In this document: positions 63,501 through 64,000 of the stretch, in pieces | Position numbering within the stretch: the stretch's first letter is position 1 | How the letters are laid out: the number at the start of each line of letters is the position of its first letter | Assembly: GCA_964035545.1 (NCBI GenBank) | Contig: OZ037768.1 | Span: forward strand, 21,671,319 to 21,735,318 | Origin: Bugula neritina | Lineage: Eukaryota > Animalia > Bryozoa | DNA length: 64,000 nucleotides | Direction of reading: 5' to 3' | Program-made: the position numbers and the translations under genes | Notes under the pieces: generated by a model | What the model was told of the DNA's origin: nothing | Database searches by the model: none | Seen by the model: the letters and a program-made list of their open reading frames with translations, nothing else

Positions 63501-64000
63501 CGAGAGGAATCTAGTCGAATCATGAGACATATTTGTATGAAAGTAGAAAGTTAATATACTAACACATAAGGGAAAGGTAGAACATTTAAACTTAAATATA
63601 TATCTATCAATATTATATATACACAATTGGTATTATAAACCTAAAAACTAAAAATATAACATAAAACATATTGTGTACCCTTGAAAATGCTTTTGGAAGC
63701 CGAATCTAAAATAAATAAAGATTAGCTGTATACAAAACCTTTCATTTTACTAATTAAGCTGAGGAAAAATGAAAGTTTGACTCTGAAAACTGAGTATGTA
63801 CACCAGAACCATTATCTCCGGCTACCAATCAGACTATTTAGGCTTTAGACTTGAAACATTTTTGGATATTCATCTTATCACCCAATAGGTAGAATGTACA
63901 GTATATAACTGGATATGTACATAATTAAATAGGAGTTGTCTCACCCAAAGCAACCCAAACACACTTTGCATAGATGACGAGCAGTGTTAGCAAGATGAGT

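Overview
AT-rich, intron-containing invertebrate (animal) genomic DNA; this is not a prokaryotic window. Six host genes can be rebuilt by hand from splice sites: the 3' end of DHX36 (+), a DGCR2/IDD-like VWC membrane protein (-), a C2H2 zinc-finger protein with a ~59-aa tandem-repeat tail (-), mitochondrial MCAT (+, one GC-AG intron), an uncharacterised protein with a possible death-fold N-terminus (-), and most of an ERG-type KCNH channel (-, 5' end not resolved). The most striking structure is the 11.2-kb last intron of DHX36, which holds nested insertions. An unclassified TGTGAC...GTCACA element (355-11030) contains an apparently intact FLYWCH/MULE (Phantom-like) transposon (2837-10224; ~780-bp foldback TIRs, 9-bp TSD, 3-exon ~468-aa transposase). 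That transposon in turn contains a (TA)n tract punctuated by Penelope-like retroelement pieces: a GIY-YIG remnant with a complete hammerhead ribozyme on each strand, a half hammerhead, and a second inverted-repeat unit. Also present are a 2.1-kb non-coding foldback element, a complete Ty3/Gypsy (Mag-like) LTR element with identical LTRs, two copies of a tRNA-derived SINE, several minisatellites (one multiplying a KCNH splice donor), and candidate 12-21-nt KCNH microexons. All exon models are manual and unvalidated by RNA data; family names come from motif recognition, not database searches.
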